DNA of 64,000 nt. Source: Octopus sinensis. Taxonomy: Eukaryota. Where the stretch lies: the NCBI RefSeq assembly GCF_006345805.1, contig NC_042998.1:22754001-22818000 (forward strand). The letters are read 5' to 3'. Below, one piece after another: positions 25,790 through 38,940 of the stretch (position 1 is the stretch's first letter; each line of letters opens with the position of its first letter). The translations under genes and the position numbers were made by a program. The notes beneath the pieces are model-generated. The model had not been told where the DNA came from. It ran no database searches and saw nothing but the letters and a program-made list of their open reading frames with translations.

Positions 25790-26230
25790 TCCTATTCCTC
25801 CTCCTTCTTCTTCTCCTGACTCTTTGTCTTCTATTTCTTCTTCTTCTCCTCCTGACTCTTTGTTTTCTTCTTCTTTCTTTTTTTTCTTCTTCCTTCTTTT
25901 TTCTTCTTCTTTTTCTTCTTCTTCCCCTCCTCCTCCTGACTCTTTGTCTTCTTCTTCTTCTTCTTCTTCTTCTTCTTCTCTTCTTCTCTTCTTTCTTCTT
26001 TTTTCTTCTTCTTCTTTCTCCTCCTTCTTCTTCTTTTTCTTCTTCATTTTCTTCTCCTCCTCCTCCTGACTCTTTGTCTTCTTCTTCTTCTTCTTCTTCT
26101 TCTTCTTCTCCTCCCTCCCTCCCTCTATTCATCTCCTCCCCCTCCCCCTATTCATCCCCTCCCCCTCTCCCTCCCCTCCTACTATTTCTCCTCTTCCTAC
26201 TGTTTCTTTTTCTCCTCCTCTTCTCCACCC
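25790..26230. repeat. (CTT)/(CTC) purine-pyrimidine tract with a recurring CCTCCTGACTCTTTG motif
   Basis: Directly visible; the motif occurs four times. Confidence 0.9.
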
Positions 26231-28199
26231 TCCCCACAACTACTGCTCTTGTCACTGTTGTTGTTGTTGTTAGCCCCTGTTTAGCCCTGACGTAACAGAT
26301 TTATTATAAAATTCATTTCAGACCCAATCTCCATATTTTTAAAATTTTTTGTTCAGACATAGCAATTTCCAAACATCCTTTTCTCTTTTAGGATGCTAAG
26401 AACAGCATGATAGGTAGAATAAATATCTGACTGCCATTTCTTGCTGGTTGAGTGAACACATAGGAGCTCTTTTCATAGGCTGTTATTTTTTCCTCTTTTT
26501 CCTGTACTTTGTGACTGTTTCATTTACCCCCCCCCCCCCGCCTTTTTTTTTCCAACCCATCTCTTTTTATATAATAATCATTATGAGTGAGTGATCCCTG
26601 CCGTTGATGACTTGAAGAGTTCATTGTAGCCCTGTCACACCTGTCCTTATTCACAACAACACATTTCTGTTTGTGTTATGTGTCATAGAAGTGCATTGGT
26701 AGCAGATCTATTGACTGAAAGCCTCCCGCAAGGGATGATGTATTTATTGTCAAGAGGCGAGATATTGATCTAAGTTTTACAGAATAATGATGTCAAAGAA
26801 ACAAAAAAAAACAAAAAAAAAACAAACAGCAGTATACTAGGAAAGATGGGATAACTTCCCTAAAGCATTACTACAAAAACGGTGATGGTGATGGCGGAAA
26901 ACTGACATTTATTAGAAGATTAGTCTGGAGTTTAAAGAGAAACAACCAAAAATTTCCACAAGCAAATCATCAACTATTATCACTCACAATGGTTATAGAA
27001 TCGTACGTTTAAACAATATTCCGACTGAGTCATAATATCTTTCACCGAAAAATAAAGCAAAGCAAAACATATAAAGGATGCACTGAGTGTGACCCTAAAG
27101 GAAAAAAAAAAAAAGAAAAATGACATAAAAGGCTTGCCAAGCTCATCTCATCTCAAAAAAGCCAAACTCATTATCTAATTAATTAATATAGAAATTGTAT
27201 GTGTTTAGTCTATCATTTCCCAGTGCAGACACAAATATAATGACACTAGTTGAATATCCTTCCTCCCTATAGAATTTCCCAGACCTTCTACTATAAAATA
27301 TTTTGAAGCACACTCACAGTTCTTCATGCTTCTTCTATTCAGAAAGCACCGTTTATTTTGTTTGCTTGTACTGCATGTCACTGTACAAGCGGCTCCATGA
27401 TTTGATTTTAACAGACATTTTAATGCCAGTGTGTTAAATTTTAATGGAATCATCACCTTGCTTTTCCTTGTTGTTATTTTTTTTCCTTCTTGAAAAAAAA
27501 AAAAAAAAGAAAATTGCTGTGGAGTGGGGCACACACCCAGCGACAAAGTAGGATGAGAAGAGTAGTTGCCCTTAGTGCAGCAGTTAGAAAAAGAATGGGT
27601 TGGGAAGGAACACAAGTTCAAAATTACTGATAGTTTAATCCCTTTCTCCACCTTTCTCTCCCTTCTGCCTCTCCACCTCTCTCTCTCTCCCCCTTGCTCA
27701 CACATTTTTCTTGATTTATCATATATGCACATACATATATACAAATACATATAAACAAACACACACACACACATTTGTTATGTGGTTTCCTTGTTTACGT
27801 AACTCAATTATTTTCCTTTTATACATAATATTTGTTAGAGAGGGTGTATGCTTTTAATATCAGATCATCTCTAAGAGATTGTGATTGCTATTTGCATAAT
27901 TAATAAGTAAGTGTGTGTGTGTCTGTGTGTGTTCATGCATGTGTGTGTGCATGTATCTGTGTTTGTGTGGGGTGGATGAGTCAATATTTGTGTGTATGTG
28001 GGGGGGGGGGTGTTTGTGTGTGTGTGTGTGTTTGTGTGTGCACACTCATTTACATGCGTAAATAAACTCAGAAAACACACATGAGTGTAGAATGATCCAG
28101 AAATTGCCATAAAGGTAAAAAAGGAGATTTTGTATGTGTGTGTGTGTGTGTGTGTGCATTTTGGGGTATCTCTGTATATAATTAATTAATTTATTTAAT

Positions 28200-28600
28200 A
28201 GCTTTCGGTCCTCTTGATGAAATAGGAGTGGTGAACTTGTGTCACTTGAAAGAATGAAGGTTCAGCAAGCACAGCTGCACAGAGCTCCTTGAGGTGTGTG
28301 GGGAAACGACCATCACCTAAGAGGCACCTGTTTACTGAATCAAAACTGAAGACCTCCAGTAGCATTCTCTACCAGTCCACATCACCTCTTTCCCTATCAC
28401 CAAATGGTCGTATGAAGACAGTGCAATAGTGTTGGCTCTGGTGCTTTGCTTTCCTGAACAACCTGTTTGATAAATATGACTATGGTAGGCATGTCTTGTG
28501 CAGAACCAATCTCACTGTCTCTTACTTTAAAACTGCATCGGTCTGGTGCAATACGCGCTATGACCCCATAGTTATCAGGATGCAAGATTTGCATGGAGTT
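28200..28600 (-). mobile_element. Possible highly degraded non-LTR reverse transcriptase fragment
   Basis: PDRCSFK..SAQDM..IFIKQVVQES loosely recalls RT motifs (QCGFR..DMIF..RQ.QEK); the match is weak. Confidence 0.3.
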
Positions 28601-28936
28601 ACCTATTTCTTTACTACCCACAAGGAGCTAAACATAGAGTGGACAAACAAGAACAGACAAAGAGATTAAGCCAATTACATTGACCCCAGTGTGTAACTGG
28701 TACTTAATTTATCGACCCTGAAAGCTGTAGGGGGAAATATTGGCCCCCTTGTAGAATTTAGAAGGATTTGTCACAAAAAAACCCCAACCTTTTGGGGTCA
28801 CTTGCCATCTAAATATGAGATCACTTAGAAAACTAGGTCTATGCCACTCTCTCTTTCTCTCTCTCTCTCTCTTTCCTTCTCTCTCTCTCTCTGTAGTAAT
28901 ATATATATAAACTTAGATAAACTTAGATATAATAAG

Positions 28937-29060
28937 TCAAGTTTTGTTTATGGTCCATTCAAGTAGTGAGTTCTTGTTGGGTGAGTTGTATCCAATTATG
29001 GGTGGCTTACCTGGTATTCCTTGAAGGAATCTATCCAGACTCCGTTTAAAGTTGATACAT
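28937..29060 (-). mobile_element. LINE (Jockey/CR1 group) C-terminal fragment
   Basis: FKRSLDRFLQGIPGKPPIIGYNSPNKNSLLEW; same family as 56834-57066. Confidence 0.7.
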
Positions 29061-30149
29061 ATATACATACATATATTCATATATATTCGCACATACATGA
29101 GTAAGCACATAAATGCAAAACAAGGTGGAAACAAATAGTACTTGAATAATTAAGGTAGAGTAATATGCTTTTATTAAGAGTTTTATGATACATACATACA
29201 TACTTATATAATACTATTTATAAACATGTATATATATAATATTACATATTAATTTATATACATAATATATATATAATATTATATATAAATATATATATGT
29301 ATAGATATGTGATGTATATATATGTACAGAGTAAGAGAGGGAACAAGTGTCACAAAACAAAAGAAGGAACACTTTATATTTGAGGAATAAAATTAAACTT
29401 GACTAGCCTTTCATTTTATATAAAAGGAGGGCAAAACAGAAGTCAGTGCCAATAAATTGATATGAAGTTTTGCATATTCCCTTTCTCCTTATAATGATCA
29501 CCATCATCATCATCATCATTATCATTAGTTCCAACAGCAACAGCGGCATCAGCAACAAGTTTATATTTCTGTTCCAACATGGGTTGGATTGGTTTGTCTG
29601 CTAGCAGCCTTCTCACTACCATTCACAGCACAAGTGTTGCTTGTAAAAGAACATGTTGACATATTTGTTGATTGTGGATGCTTATACATACTAATACACA
29701 CACACATGTTTAAACTTATGGAAAGCTGAGCTTATCTTGAGTTCCTTAGTTTTGCTTCTTTTCTACGGTGTAAAACAGAACCTTGAAATTAAGTGAAATG
29801 AGAAAGGGAAGCTTTAGCTCTGAATAAATAAATATACTATATGTTATCAATACTTTTCCCCATTCCGTTTGAAAATTTAAGCATATATGTGTGTATCTAT
29901 GCATCTATATATATGTATATATAAATGCATATATAATGGCAGAAGAAAGAAGGGAATTCCATTAGAAAAAGTTTTAACTTATTTTCTCGGTAACTATGGG
30001 GGCTAGGAAAAAATACAATCTGCATTCCAATCTATGCACCCATCTCCACATGTGTGTTATTTTTCATGCGAATCCACCAAGCCAGTTGGCTGTGAACCTC
30101 AAGACAAGAAAGAATACAACGATCGCCTATGTCCAGACCTCGTGTGTAC

Positions 30150-30350
30150 CTTTGGCGATTTTTTTTCTACATCTTCCCTTCCTTGGATCTTTCCTTTTCC
30201 TATGTTTCTGACAAAGAGCTCCCCTCGAAACGTTAAATCCTCCTTCTTTCTTTCTTTTCCTGAGTGTCCAATAACACTATACTTGTTCCACGTCCTCGCA
30301 TTGTTGTGTTTTCTCTTTGTGTTTTCATGTTTGGATCAACTATGTAAATA
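30150..30350 (+). mobile_element. Short Penelope-type repeat with a minimal hammerhead (second copy 44690-44880, -)
   Basis: The two copies give consensus TTT-CTGACGA-A-GAGC-TCC-GCTC-GAAAC-GTT-AAA (30205-30237; 44787-44819 on minus); each copy has different lesions. Confidence 0.65.
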
Positions 30351-30460
30351 TATATATATAAAATTGGATTCAATCCTAAATCTGATTTTTCCCTGTAAGT
30401 TTGGATTTATTCCCTAATATTTATTATTATTATATATATATATATGTGCCTGTTTGTCTG

Positions 30461-30513
<53 letters not shown>

Positions 30514-31004
30514 CACTTGTATGGTATCTATAATATTCTACATGTTGCACAATAAAGAAAGCCAGTTGCTGAATTCTTTCTCCTGAGAGTTACCTATCAA
30601 TAGGGAGATTAGCTTTATTTCCTTATTTATTTCAGGATTGAGAAATATCTGCAGGGAAGACACACAAGAATGTCTCTTACCATTGCTTTTCTTGAATTTG
30701 GAAGCAAACATATCAGTGAACCTCTCTTCCTCGTGATACATATTTTTATCTACGTAATGTTGCTTATTATGAATTATATGGTTCTATCTAAGCAATACTG
30801 CACATTGCATTAGTAAAATGTTAGAAACCAACAACATTCGCTGTGAGTGTTTAGTCCCAGTTCAATCCTGATCAAGCAGGACTATGATCAAAAGCCTACC
30901 AAACATGACCATCCTGTATTTTAAAAGCTATCCAGGATAACATCCAATATATTCCAGTTCTATATTATTTAATAATAAGAAAAAGAAAATTCCTTATCTC
31001 TTAA

Positions 31005-32059
31005 CTCTTTCGTTACCAAACCGCCCGAAAAAAATTTTGGTTAATGTGACCAAACCGCCCAAATTTACCTATTCATATTTAAATGAGAATATCAGAGCAA
31101 ATCTCTTTAGTACATTCGTGAAAATACGTAAAGAGTTCAACTACAGTTTTGTACAAAAATCGAAGTGTAATTTTAATTCCGTGAATTTTGGGAGATTTTT
31201 TTCCGAAATTTGTTCCTATTGTGTTTTCAAAATTTGTAATTCTGACAAAAAATGGATACGAATTTCATTATATCAAGCAGCGAGTCAGAATTCGAAGGAT
31301 TTTCTACTGAAGACCTTCATAAATCTAACTCTATGACTGAAAAAAAAAAGCATGTGGTATTTGATAATGAATCTGATGTTTCATTTTCCGAAAGTGAAAA
31401 CAGTGAATCCGAGAGCTCCGACAGCAATAAAGAAAAGGAATTGGCACCTGAATGGAGTGAAAATTTAAAAACTGTTTCTTTCGGTGATTTTTCTGAAGAA
31501 ACTGGACCAAGCCACAGACTTTCCCAGAAGAGTAAAGCCTTAGATTATTTCTTTTTACTTTTTCGAATGAGCCTATTTGAAATCATTACGGCGCAAACGA
31601 ACCGTTACGCTAAATATAAACAAAACGAAAGAAAGGATAGTTAGTGGTTTCCCACAACCTTAAATGAAATTAAGACTATTTTGCCATAAATATTATTATG
31701 GGTATCAGAAAGTTACCCAGAAAAAACAAATTCTATCGTAAAATTTTGTTGTATACCCAATTGAATATTAGCTAATAACCCATTTTCTATAGCGATGTTT
31801 GAACAAAATTTTAATAATTTTATATTTTGTTGAATTTACCTGTATCTACCTGCAATTAGAGTCACTTTGTGACAAAAATTATAGTATAGAATTGGTTGAG
31901 AACATTTCATTAAATTATCTTCCAAAATTCACGTTAATATATTGATAAATAAAAAAGTTATAGTTGTTTAATGAAACCAGACTAAATTTATGATTATGTT
32001 AGAAATTAATTGAATCACATAAGGGGTGTATTTTGGTCAGAAATATAGTAACGAAAGGG
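31005..32059 (+). mobile_element. Internally deleted piggyBac element
   Basis: TTAA at 31001-04 and 32060-63; 12-bp TIRs C(T/C)CTTTCGTTAC. Acidic N-terminus, then YFFLLF..EIITAQTNRYA..*WFPTTLNEI..IIMGIRKLP, the piggyBac transposase N-terminal pattern (ORF 31252-31644). Confidence 0.88.
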
Positions 32060-32063
32060 TTAA

Positions 32064-32221
32064 ATATTTACATTCGACGGATATTTGTCCTCATCTTGTT
32101 TGTTGTTATCACAACATTTCGGCTGATATACCCTCCAGCCTTCTTCGGGTGTCTGGGGAAATTTCGAACCTGGGTTCTCATTTTTAAGGTATTTTTCAAT
32201 GTTATTATTATTATTATTATG

Positions 32222-32269
<48 letters not shown>

Positions 32270-32312
32270 GTTGTTGTTGTTTGGAATCGAACTCGGAATC
32301 TTGGGGTTAGTA
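32064..32312 (-). mobile_element. SINE family E, 5'-truncated, with a hammerhead-bearing tail
   Basis: B box GAGTTCGATTCC, (AAT)n spacer and tail with GACAC-CCGAAGA-A-GGCTGG..TCAGCC-GAAAT-GTT-GTGAT (32108-32153). Confidence 0.75.
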
Positions 32313-32330
32313 GAGTGTGTTATAACTATG

Positions 32331-32557
32331 GGAATATGGCATAGTGGTTAAGAGCATGGGCTACTAACCCCAAGATTCCGAGTTCAATTCCAAGCAGTGA
32401 CCCAAACACTAACAATAATAATAATAATAATAATAACATCAAAAAATACCTTAGGAATGAGAACCCAGGTTCAAAATTTCCCCAAGACACCTCAAGAAGG
32501 CTGGAGGGTATATCAGCCGAAACTTTGTGTTAACAACAAACAAGATGAGAACAAGTA
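32331..32557 (+). mobile_element. SINE family E: tRNA head plus hammerhead-bearing tail
   Basis: A box TGGCATAGTGG, B box GAGTTCAATTCC, (AAT)n, then GACAC-CTCAAGA-A-GGCTGG..TCAGCC-GAAAC-TTT-GTGTT (32486-32531). Confidence 0.75.
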
Positions 32558-32569
32558 GAAATCACCCAA

Positions 32570-33521
32570 TTTCAACTTTTGATCCAACCAAGCTCTCAAT
32601 TCTGCATTAGTATTGAATGAAACTCCACGCATAGCATATGAAGGAGATCGAAAGAGGTGGAAATCTGTTGGTACCAAATCAGGACTTCCCAGCCATGCGT
32701 TTGAATGACTTCCTTGGTCATATTGGTGATATGAGGGCGGGCGTTGTCATGCAGCAGAACTCCATGCTGACAATTAGGGCTTTTCTCTTGAATAGCTGTG
32801 TTGAGTCGTTCCATCTGTTGAACATAGAGTTCCGCGTTGACCGTTTGGTTCCGCTCAAGCAATTCATAATGGATAATCCCTTCCCAGTCCCACCATATGC
32901 ACAACATCGTTTTACCTGGATGAAGATCTTGTTTCACGCACTGTATCGCTTGTTTACCTGGGCTAATCCATTCCTTACGCTGCTTCATATTGATGTACAG
33001 GCACCATTTTTCGCCGCCAGTAACAATTTGGTAAAGAAATCGTTGCTTGTGTTCATGAGTTGAGCGGAGCGGTGACGAGCAAGCAAACCAGCAGAGATTG
33101 TGGCTCGTTGATTTTTGTTGTTGTCAAAGTATGTGTAACCCATGCTCCATACTTCTGAACCTTTCCCATCAAGTAACAATGCTTCTCTATAGCAGTGTGG
33201 TAGCTTTCCATTTTCTCTGCCAGTTACTTTGTCGTTTGACAAGAATTTTCATGCAAAAGTTGGTTTAATCACTCTTCATTGAACTCAACTGGACAGCCAG
33301 AACAAGGTGCATCATTGAGGTCAAAATTTCCATTTTTGAACTTGACATAACAAACATGAGTGGTTCTTTCAGCTATAGCACCCTCTCCATACACAGCACA
33401 AATGTCGCAAGCAGCTTTTGCAGCCTTAGAAACTTGATGAAAAGCAAGAAGAAGGAGGTGTCAAAAATGCTTGTTTTTCTAAACTTGACATTCCATTTTA
33501 ATAATCTGAAAATAAACAAAA

Positions 33522-33560
<39 letters not shown>

Positions 33561-33716
33561 TGTGTACAGTGCTCAGGTGCACTACAACTGCTCAGGTGCA
33601 CTACTACTAGTTAATTAAATTAACTAGAAAAGAAAAAACAAAATAGATTCCAAAATTTAAAAATGCAATAAATTCCAAAATTTAAAAAAACCGCGGGAAC
33701 TTCGTTGCCAACCCAA
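32570..33716 (-). mobile_element. Decayed mariner (second family), 3'-truncated
   Basis: 5' TIR TA|TTGGGTTGGCAACGAAGTTCCCGCGG at 33691-33716. Transposase from ATG 33496 (MECQV..), with DLHPGKTMLCIWWDWEGIIHYELL and LLHDNARPH; the PHPPYSPD segment is deleted. Confidence 0.88.
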
Positions 33717-33846
33717 TAGAAGAAACCCATTGTATATGAATGTATTTATGTATCTGTATGTGTGTGTTTGTGTCCATTCGTTTTTGACATCACATGATAG
33801 TTAAGAATATTCTGTGAAAACACATGTGGCTATGGAGGGAAATATT

Positions 33847-33987
33847 CTTTTCTACTCTTGGCACACGGCCTGAAAGGATGGAAGGCAAAGTCAACCTTGG
33901 CAGAATTTGAACTCAGAACATAAAGACAGACGAAATACTGCTAAGCATTTTGCTCGGTGTACTAACGTTTCCGCAAGCTTGCTGCCT
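33847..33987 (-). mobile_element. Internally deleted SINE (family D: B-type head and middle, different tail) with a 16-bp TSD
   Basis: TATG(G/A)AGGGAAATATT at 33831-33846 and 33988-34003. Confidence 0.7.
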
Positions 33988-34147
33988 TATGAAGGGAAAT
34001 ATTGTATCTTGCATGGAAATAGGTGAGGGTTGGCAACAGGAAGAACAACCAGCCAATGAAAATCTGCCTCAATATATTCTGTCTGACCCACACAAGTGTG
34101 GATTAAAATGTTAGTGGTGGTAGCAGCAGTTTTAGTGCTCAGTTCAC

Positions 34148-34185
<38 letters not shown>

Positions 34186-34327
34186 TTATCATCATCATTT
34201 AACATCGGTTTTCTATGCTGGCATGGGTTGAATGGCTTGAAAGAAGCTTACAAGCTAGAGAGCTGCACCAAGCTCCAATTGTCTATTCTGGCATGGTTTC
34301 CATAGCTGGATGCCCTTCGGAATGCCA

Positions 34328-35400
34328 GGCTATGGAAGGAAATATTCTTTTCTACTCTTGGCACAAGGCCCGAAAGGATGGAAGGCAAAGTTGACCTTGG
34401 CAGAATTGGAACTCAGAACATAGAGACAGACGAAATACTGCTAAGCATTTCAATCGGCATACTAACATTTCTGCTACCTCGCCACCTTCCTCAAATTTAA
34501 TATTCTTTTCTACTCCAGACACAAGGCCTGAAATTTTGGGGGAGGGGGCCAGTCAATTAGATCGACCCCAGTACACAACTAATACTTAATTTATCTACCC
34601 TGAAAGGATGGAAGGCAAAGTTGACCTCAGCAGAATTTGAACTCAGAACATAGAGACAGACGAAATACTGCTAAGCATTTCAATCGGCATACTAACATTT
34701 CTGCTACCTCGCCACCTTCCTCAAATTTAATATTCTTTTCTACTCCAGACACAAGGCCTGAAATTTTGGGGAAGGGGGCCAGTCAATTAGATCGACCCCA
34801 GTACACAACTAATACTTAATTTATCTACCCTGAAAGGATGGAAGGCAAAGTTGACCTCAGCAGAATTTGAACTCAGAACATAGAGACAGACGAAATACTG
34901 CTAAGCATTTCAATCGGCATACTAACATTTCTGCTACCTCGCCACCTTCCTCAAATTTAATATTCTTTTCTACTCCAGACACAAGGCCTGAAATTTTGGG
35001 GGAGGGGGCCAGTCAATTAGATCGACCCCAGTACACAACTAATACTTAATTTATCTACCTGAAAGGATGGAAGGCAAAGTTAACCTCAGCAGAATTTGAA
35101 CTCAGAACATAGAGACAGACGAAATACTGCTAAGCATTTCAATCGGCATACTAACATTTCTGCTACCTCGCCACCTTCCTCAAATTTAATATTCTTTTCT
35201 ACTCCAGACACAAGGCCTGAAATTTTGGGGGAGGGGGCCAGTCAATTAGATCGACCCCAGTACACAACTAATACTTAATTTATCTACCCTGAAAGGATGG
35301 AAGGCAAAGTTGACCTCGGCAGAATTTGAACTCAGAACATAGAGACAGACGAAATACTGCTAAGCATTTCACCCCGTGTACTAACCTCTCTGTGAGTTTG
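34328..35400 (-). repeat. Tandem array of SINE family D: one deleted unit plus about four near-identical 229-230-bp units
   Basis: Unit starts at 34499, 34729, 34959 and 35188; the repeated 60-aa ORFs in the track confirm the period. Confidence 0.9.
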
Positions 35401-35597
35401 CTATACTGAGTGTACTGGGTGCTTTTCATGTGGCACCAGCATGGGTGCTTTTCATGTGGCACTGGCACGAGTACTTTTTACATAGAGTTGGCATGGTTGC
35501 TTGCTATATGGTACCGGTACGAGCGCCTTTTACTGGCATTGGTGCAGGTGATTTTTATATAGCACCGGCAAGGTGTTTATTAAACTTCATATGCAAT

Positions 35598-36023
35598 AGG
35601 TGTAGGAGTGGCTGTGTGGTAAGTAGCTTGCTTACAAACCACATGGTTCCGGGTTCAGTCCCACTGTGTGGCACCTTGGTAAAGTGTCTTCTACTATAGC
35701 CTCGGGCTGACCAAAGCCTTGTGAGTGGATTTGGTAGACGGAAACTGAAAGAAGCCTGTCGTATATATGTGTATATATATATATATATGTATGTGTGTGT
35801 ATATGTTTGTGTGTCTGTGTTTGTCCCCCCAACATCACTTGACAACCGATGCTGGTGTGTTTACGTCCCCGTAACTTAGCAGTTTGGCAAAAGAGACCAA
35901 TAGAATAAGTACTAGGCTTACAAAGAATAAGTCCTGGGGTCGATTTGCTCGACTAAAGGCGGTGCTCCAGCATGGCCACAGTCAAATGACTGAAACAAAT
36001 AAAAGAGAAAAAGAGAAAAGAGA
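35598..36023 (+). mobile_element. SINE family A, well-preserved reference copy
   Basis: A-box-like TGGCTGTGTGG, B-box-like GGTTCAGTCCC, (TA/TG)n spacer and (AAAAGAG)n tail. Confidence 0.9.
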
Positions 36024-38940
36024 ATGAAGTGAATTTTTGAACACACACATGCACACACATACATGCATGCACACACATACATGCATGCACACACAAATGC
36101 ATATGCACATGCACACACATCCTCACATACACACCCATGCATACATACACATACACATACACACCTTGTCTCTCACCTGCTACCCAGTTTCCTTTTATGT
36201 GGGTTACATTTCTCTCTACAAACATTTACATATGGCCGCATAATGCCATGTCTTAGGATGGTGTTGGAAAGTCTTTTTATCCCCATGTCTTTTTCACGTG
36301 TTCCACAGAAACTTGTTGACTATAAAGATTTATGGTTGGATGTTCCGCTTGATGAGAGTTTCATCTTCTTTGATGCATAATTAGCCATTATGAAGGATGA
36401 TAGAATAATTCCAAAGTCAATCCATTATTAAAGTGACAGATTCATAAACTAAACAGTTCTTTATTCAAAAAGTAGAACTACATGAAAATCACACATTGTT
36501 TAGATAACCAAACAAGCAAACACAACAGACACTAGCTTTCTTAACCATTTTCTCTGCCTCTATGAATGTGTGACTACATGCATGTCTGTCTCTGGTAGTT
36601 CTGTAGCTTTTGGTTGTAAAGTAATTGAATAAAGAATACAAATATGAAGACAAAGTTTGTAGGTTTGAAATATTATTTATAATTGAGAAACTTGGCTGAC
36701 CAAATGAGACGACACAGAAGCTTCCTTCTTTGTATTTCTAAATTTAATTTCATTATGTCTTAGAATAGAAGGAAAAAAACTGACGTTAGTGAAAATTAAG
36801 TCTGATATTATGATTGAGTTCTTTCTTTTTGACATCATTTCAAATAGATATTTTATTTGTTATTTTCTGCTCACATTTTTAATGAAACTTTTGTAAAAAA
36901 AAAAAAAAAAAAAACTGTACAAAACCCACTTTAATCTGTTTTTAAACTGGTTTTATTAGATTTCCTTTGATTCAGGAGGGGTTTGTCTCCAACAAATATT
37001 GAGAAATGTCCAAATATGGATGTAATTGTTAATTAATTTAACTAACTATCAGTACAGATGCTACTGGAGAGAGATAGTTTTTGTTAATTTTTTTTTCCCC
37101 TATGTTTCTGGAAATTAATTACTGAACAACTTTATTAATCATAATTAGGAAAAACAAAAACCTAGTTTGGAGAGGACTTGAATCAATAGGGACACCAGAC
37201 AACATGTCTTGCAGTATTTAATTATGTCCTGTTGTGTTTAGAGTTCAAATCCCACTTGGATTGATTTCTTTTCACTCTTCTGGTAAATACCAGTCTACTA
37301 TTTGGGGTGGAGGTGAGAGTTAATTGCCTCCACCTCTTTCAAATGTGAACCTTCGTTATAATTGAAAGAAAATGAGCCCAAACTCTCTGACTGTGATCTG
37401 TGCCCTTGACATTGCATAAAGCACCCCCTCAAACACTATTCCCATTAAATTAATTTGGTGTCGAGCTGTCAAATAACCCCCAAATTTTTAACTGCTGGGT
37501 AAATTTGTTGGGGAGATTCTGTGATAGTCACAACAACTTGATGAGATTCTCTTCTAAACCGTTCTAGAATTTCAATCAAGACCAGTACAAGCATGGAAAA
37601 GTGGATGATGATGATGATGATGGTGATGATGGTGATGGTGATAGTGGTGGTGGTGGTGGTGATGATGATGAGGATGATGATGATGATGAATTCTCTAGTT
37701 GTTGATTGAATGTTTACTAACGAACCAAGTTCCTTTCTACAATTTATCTTTCACTTGATATAAAATAAGAACTAGGAAAGATTGACTTTCTTAAATTTAG
37801 ATAATATTTTGAAGTTACATTATGTATTTTAGGGCAATCATTTTAATTCATCCGTAATGGCTTTAAGAAAAAAATATTTTTACTATGCTATTTGCTTAAT
37901 TGTTAGCTGTTACTAAGTTCTCTTTTGATCTGGATCTGAAGGATTAATCTTTGAAAGTTCTTCCATTGAAATTAAAAAGCTTTGTTGTTGTTAAATAAAA
38001 AAAAAAAAACAAGAAATTCGGTTGAAGTGTTTCTTAGATTCTTACGACATCGAAATACTTCCTTATTTTCCATTATCATGATTAAAAATGACTTGTTTCA
38101 TAATAATAATAATAATAATAATAATAAAGACACATGATGAAATTTTAGTGACTAATCCACTTCGGTGACTTAAGGGACATTTCAAACAGATAGTTAATTG
38201 TAGTTACTCTTCGTTTCAGTACAATTTGCCTCTGTTATTTCATGCTTATGCACTGGTTTCAATTTACTGCCAATTATGCCAAACATTTCAGTAGAATACT
38301 AACCAACTGCCATTTTAATTATGAAACAGTGGCAAGCTGTTATATTTCACAACATTTCATTACCGTTCCTCGATAATGGACTGGTCTCTTTCCACGTGGG
38401 AATTTTATAGTCACAACTAATGCCAGCTCGTTAAACAAAGTAAGATTCAATCAGTTAATAATGTAAGCAGCTTTGAGTGCTTCAGCTATATTGATTATAT
38501 TCATGTGGGACAATTTCTAGCCAGGATCCAGAATGAATCCTTTTTCACAGTCAGTCGATGCATCTTTCATGAGATCCCACTGCTACTCTCACTGCTGGAA
38601 ATCCATTTACATTTTTGCTGGATCTCGTTAATTACTTATTTATTTCACTTTTTACTACATGCTTTAATCGAGATAAGAACTGGTACATTCAGGATCTTTC
38701 TTACTTTTCCTTTTTTTTAATTTTGTTTTTACATCCATTTACTCTTGAAAGCATGGTTGAGACAGTTTTTATTGGAACAATTGTCTTTTTCTTTTTGTGT
38801 CAGAAACAATTGCTCAATATTCTCTCACCTTAACTGCTCAAGCAACCTATCTATTACAAATTATAGTGATATCAACTCAATGTGTGTGTATTGTAATTTT
38901 CGTGTCATCAAATGTAGAGCTTAGAAACCATTAGAATACC

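Noticed and set aside
27205-27774. 189-aa minus-strand ORF / possible exon at about 27317-27488
   Set aside because: Padded by simple repeats and poly-T; no recognisable peptide; weak splice context.
32638-33063. 141-aa plus-strand ORF
   Set aside because: Antisense shadow of the mariner transposase.
34499-35400. Regular arrays (also 62577-63240, 49797-50388) as CRISPR-like or retrozyme arrays
   Set aside because: No unique spacers; the units are SINE pieces; no CTGANGA/GAAA hammerhead core was found in them.
36175-36380. Possible exons on either strand (also 38505-38720, 46430-46600, 47140-47430)
   Set aside because: Splice sites and open frames are not jointly convincing.
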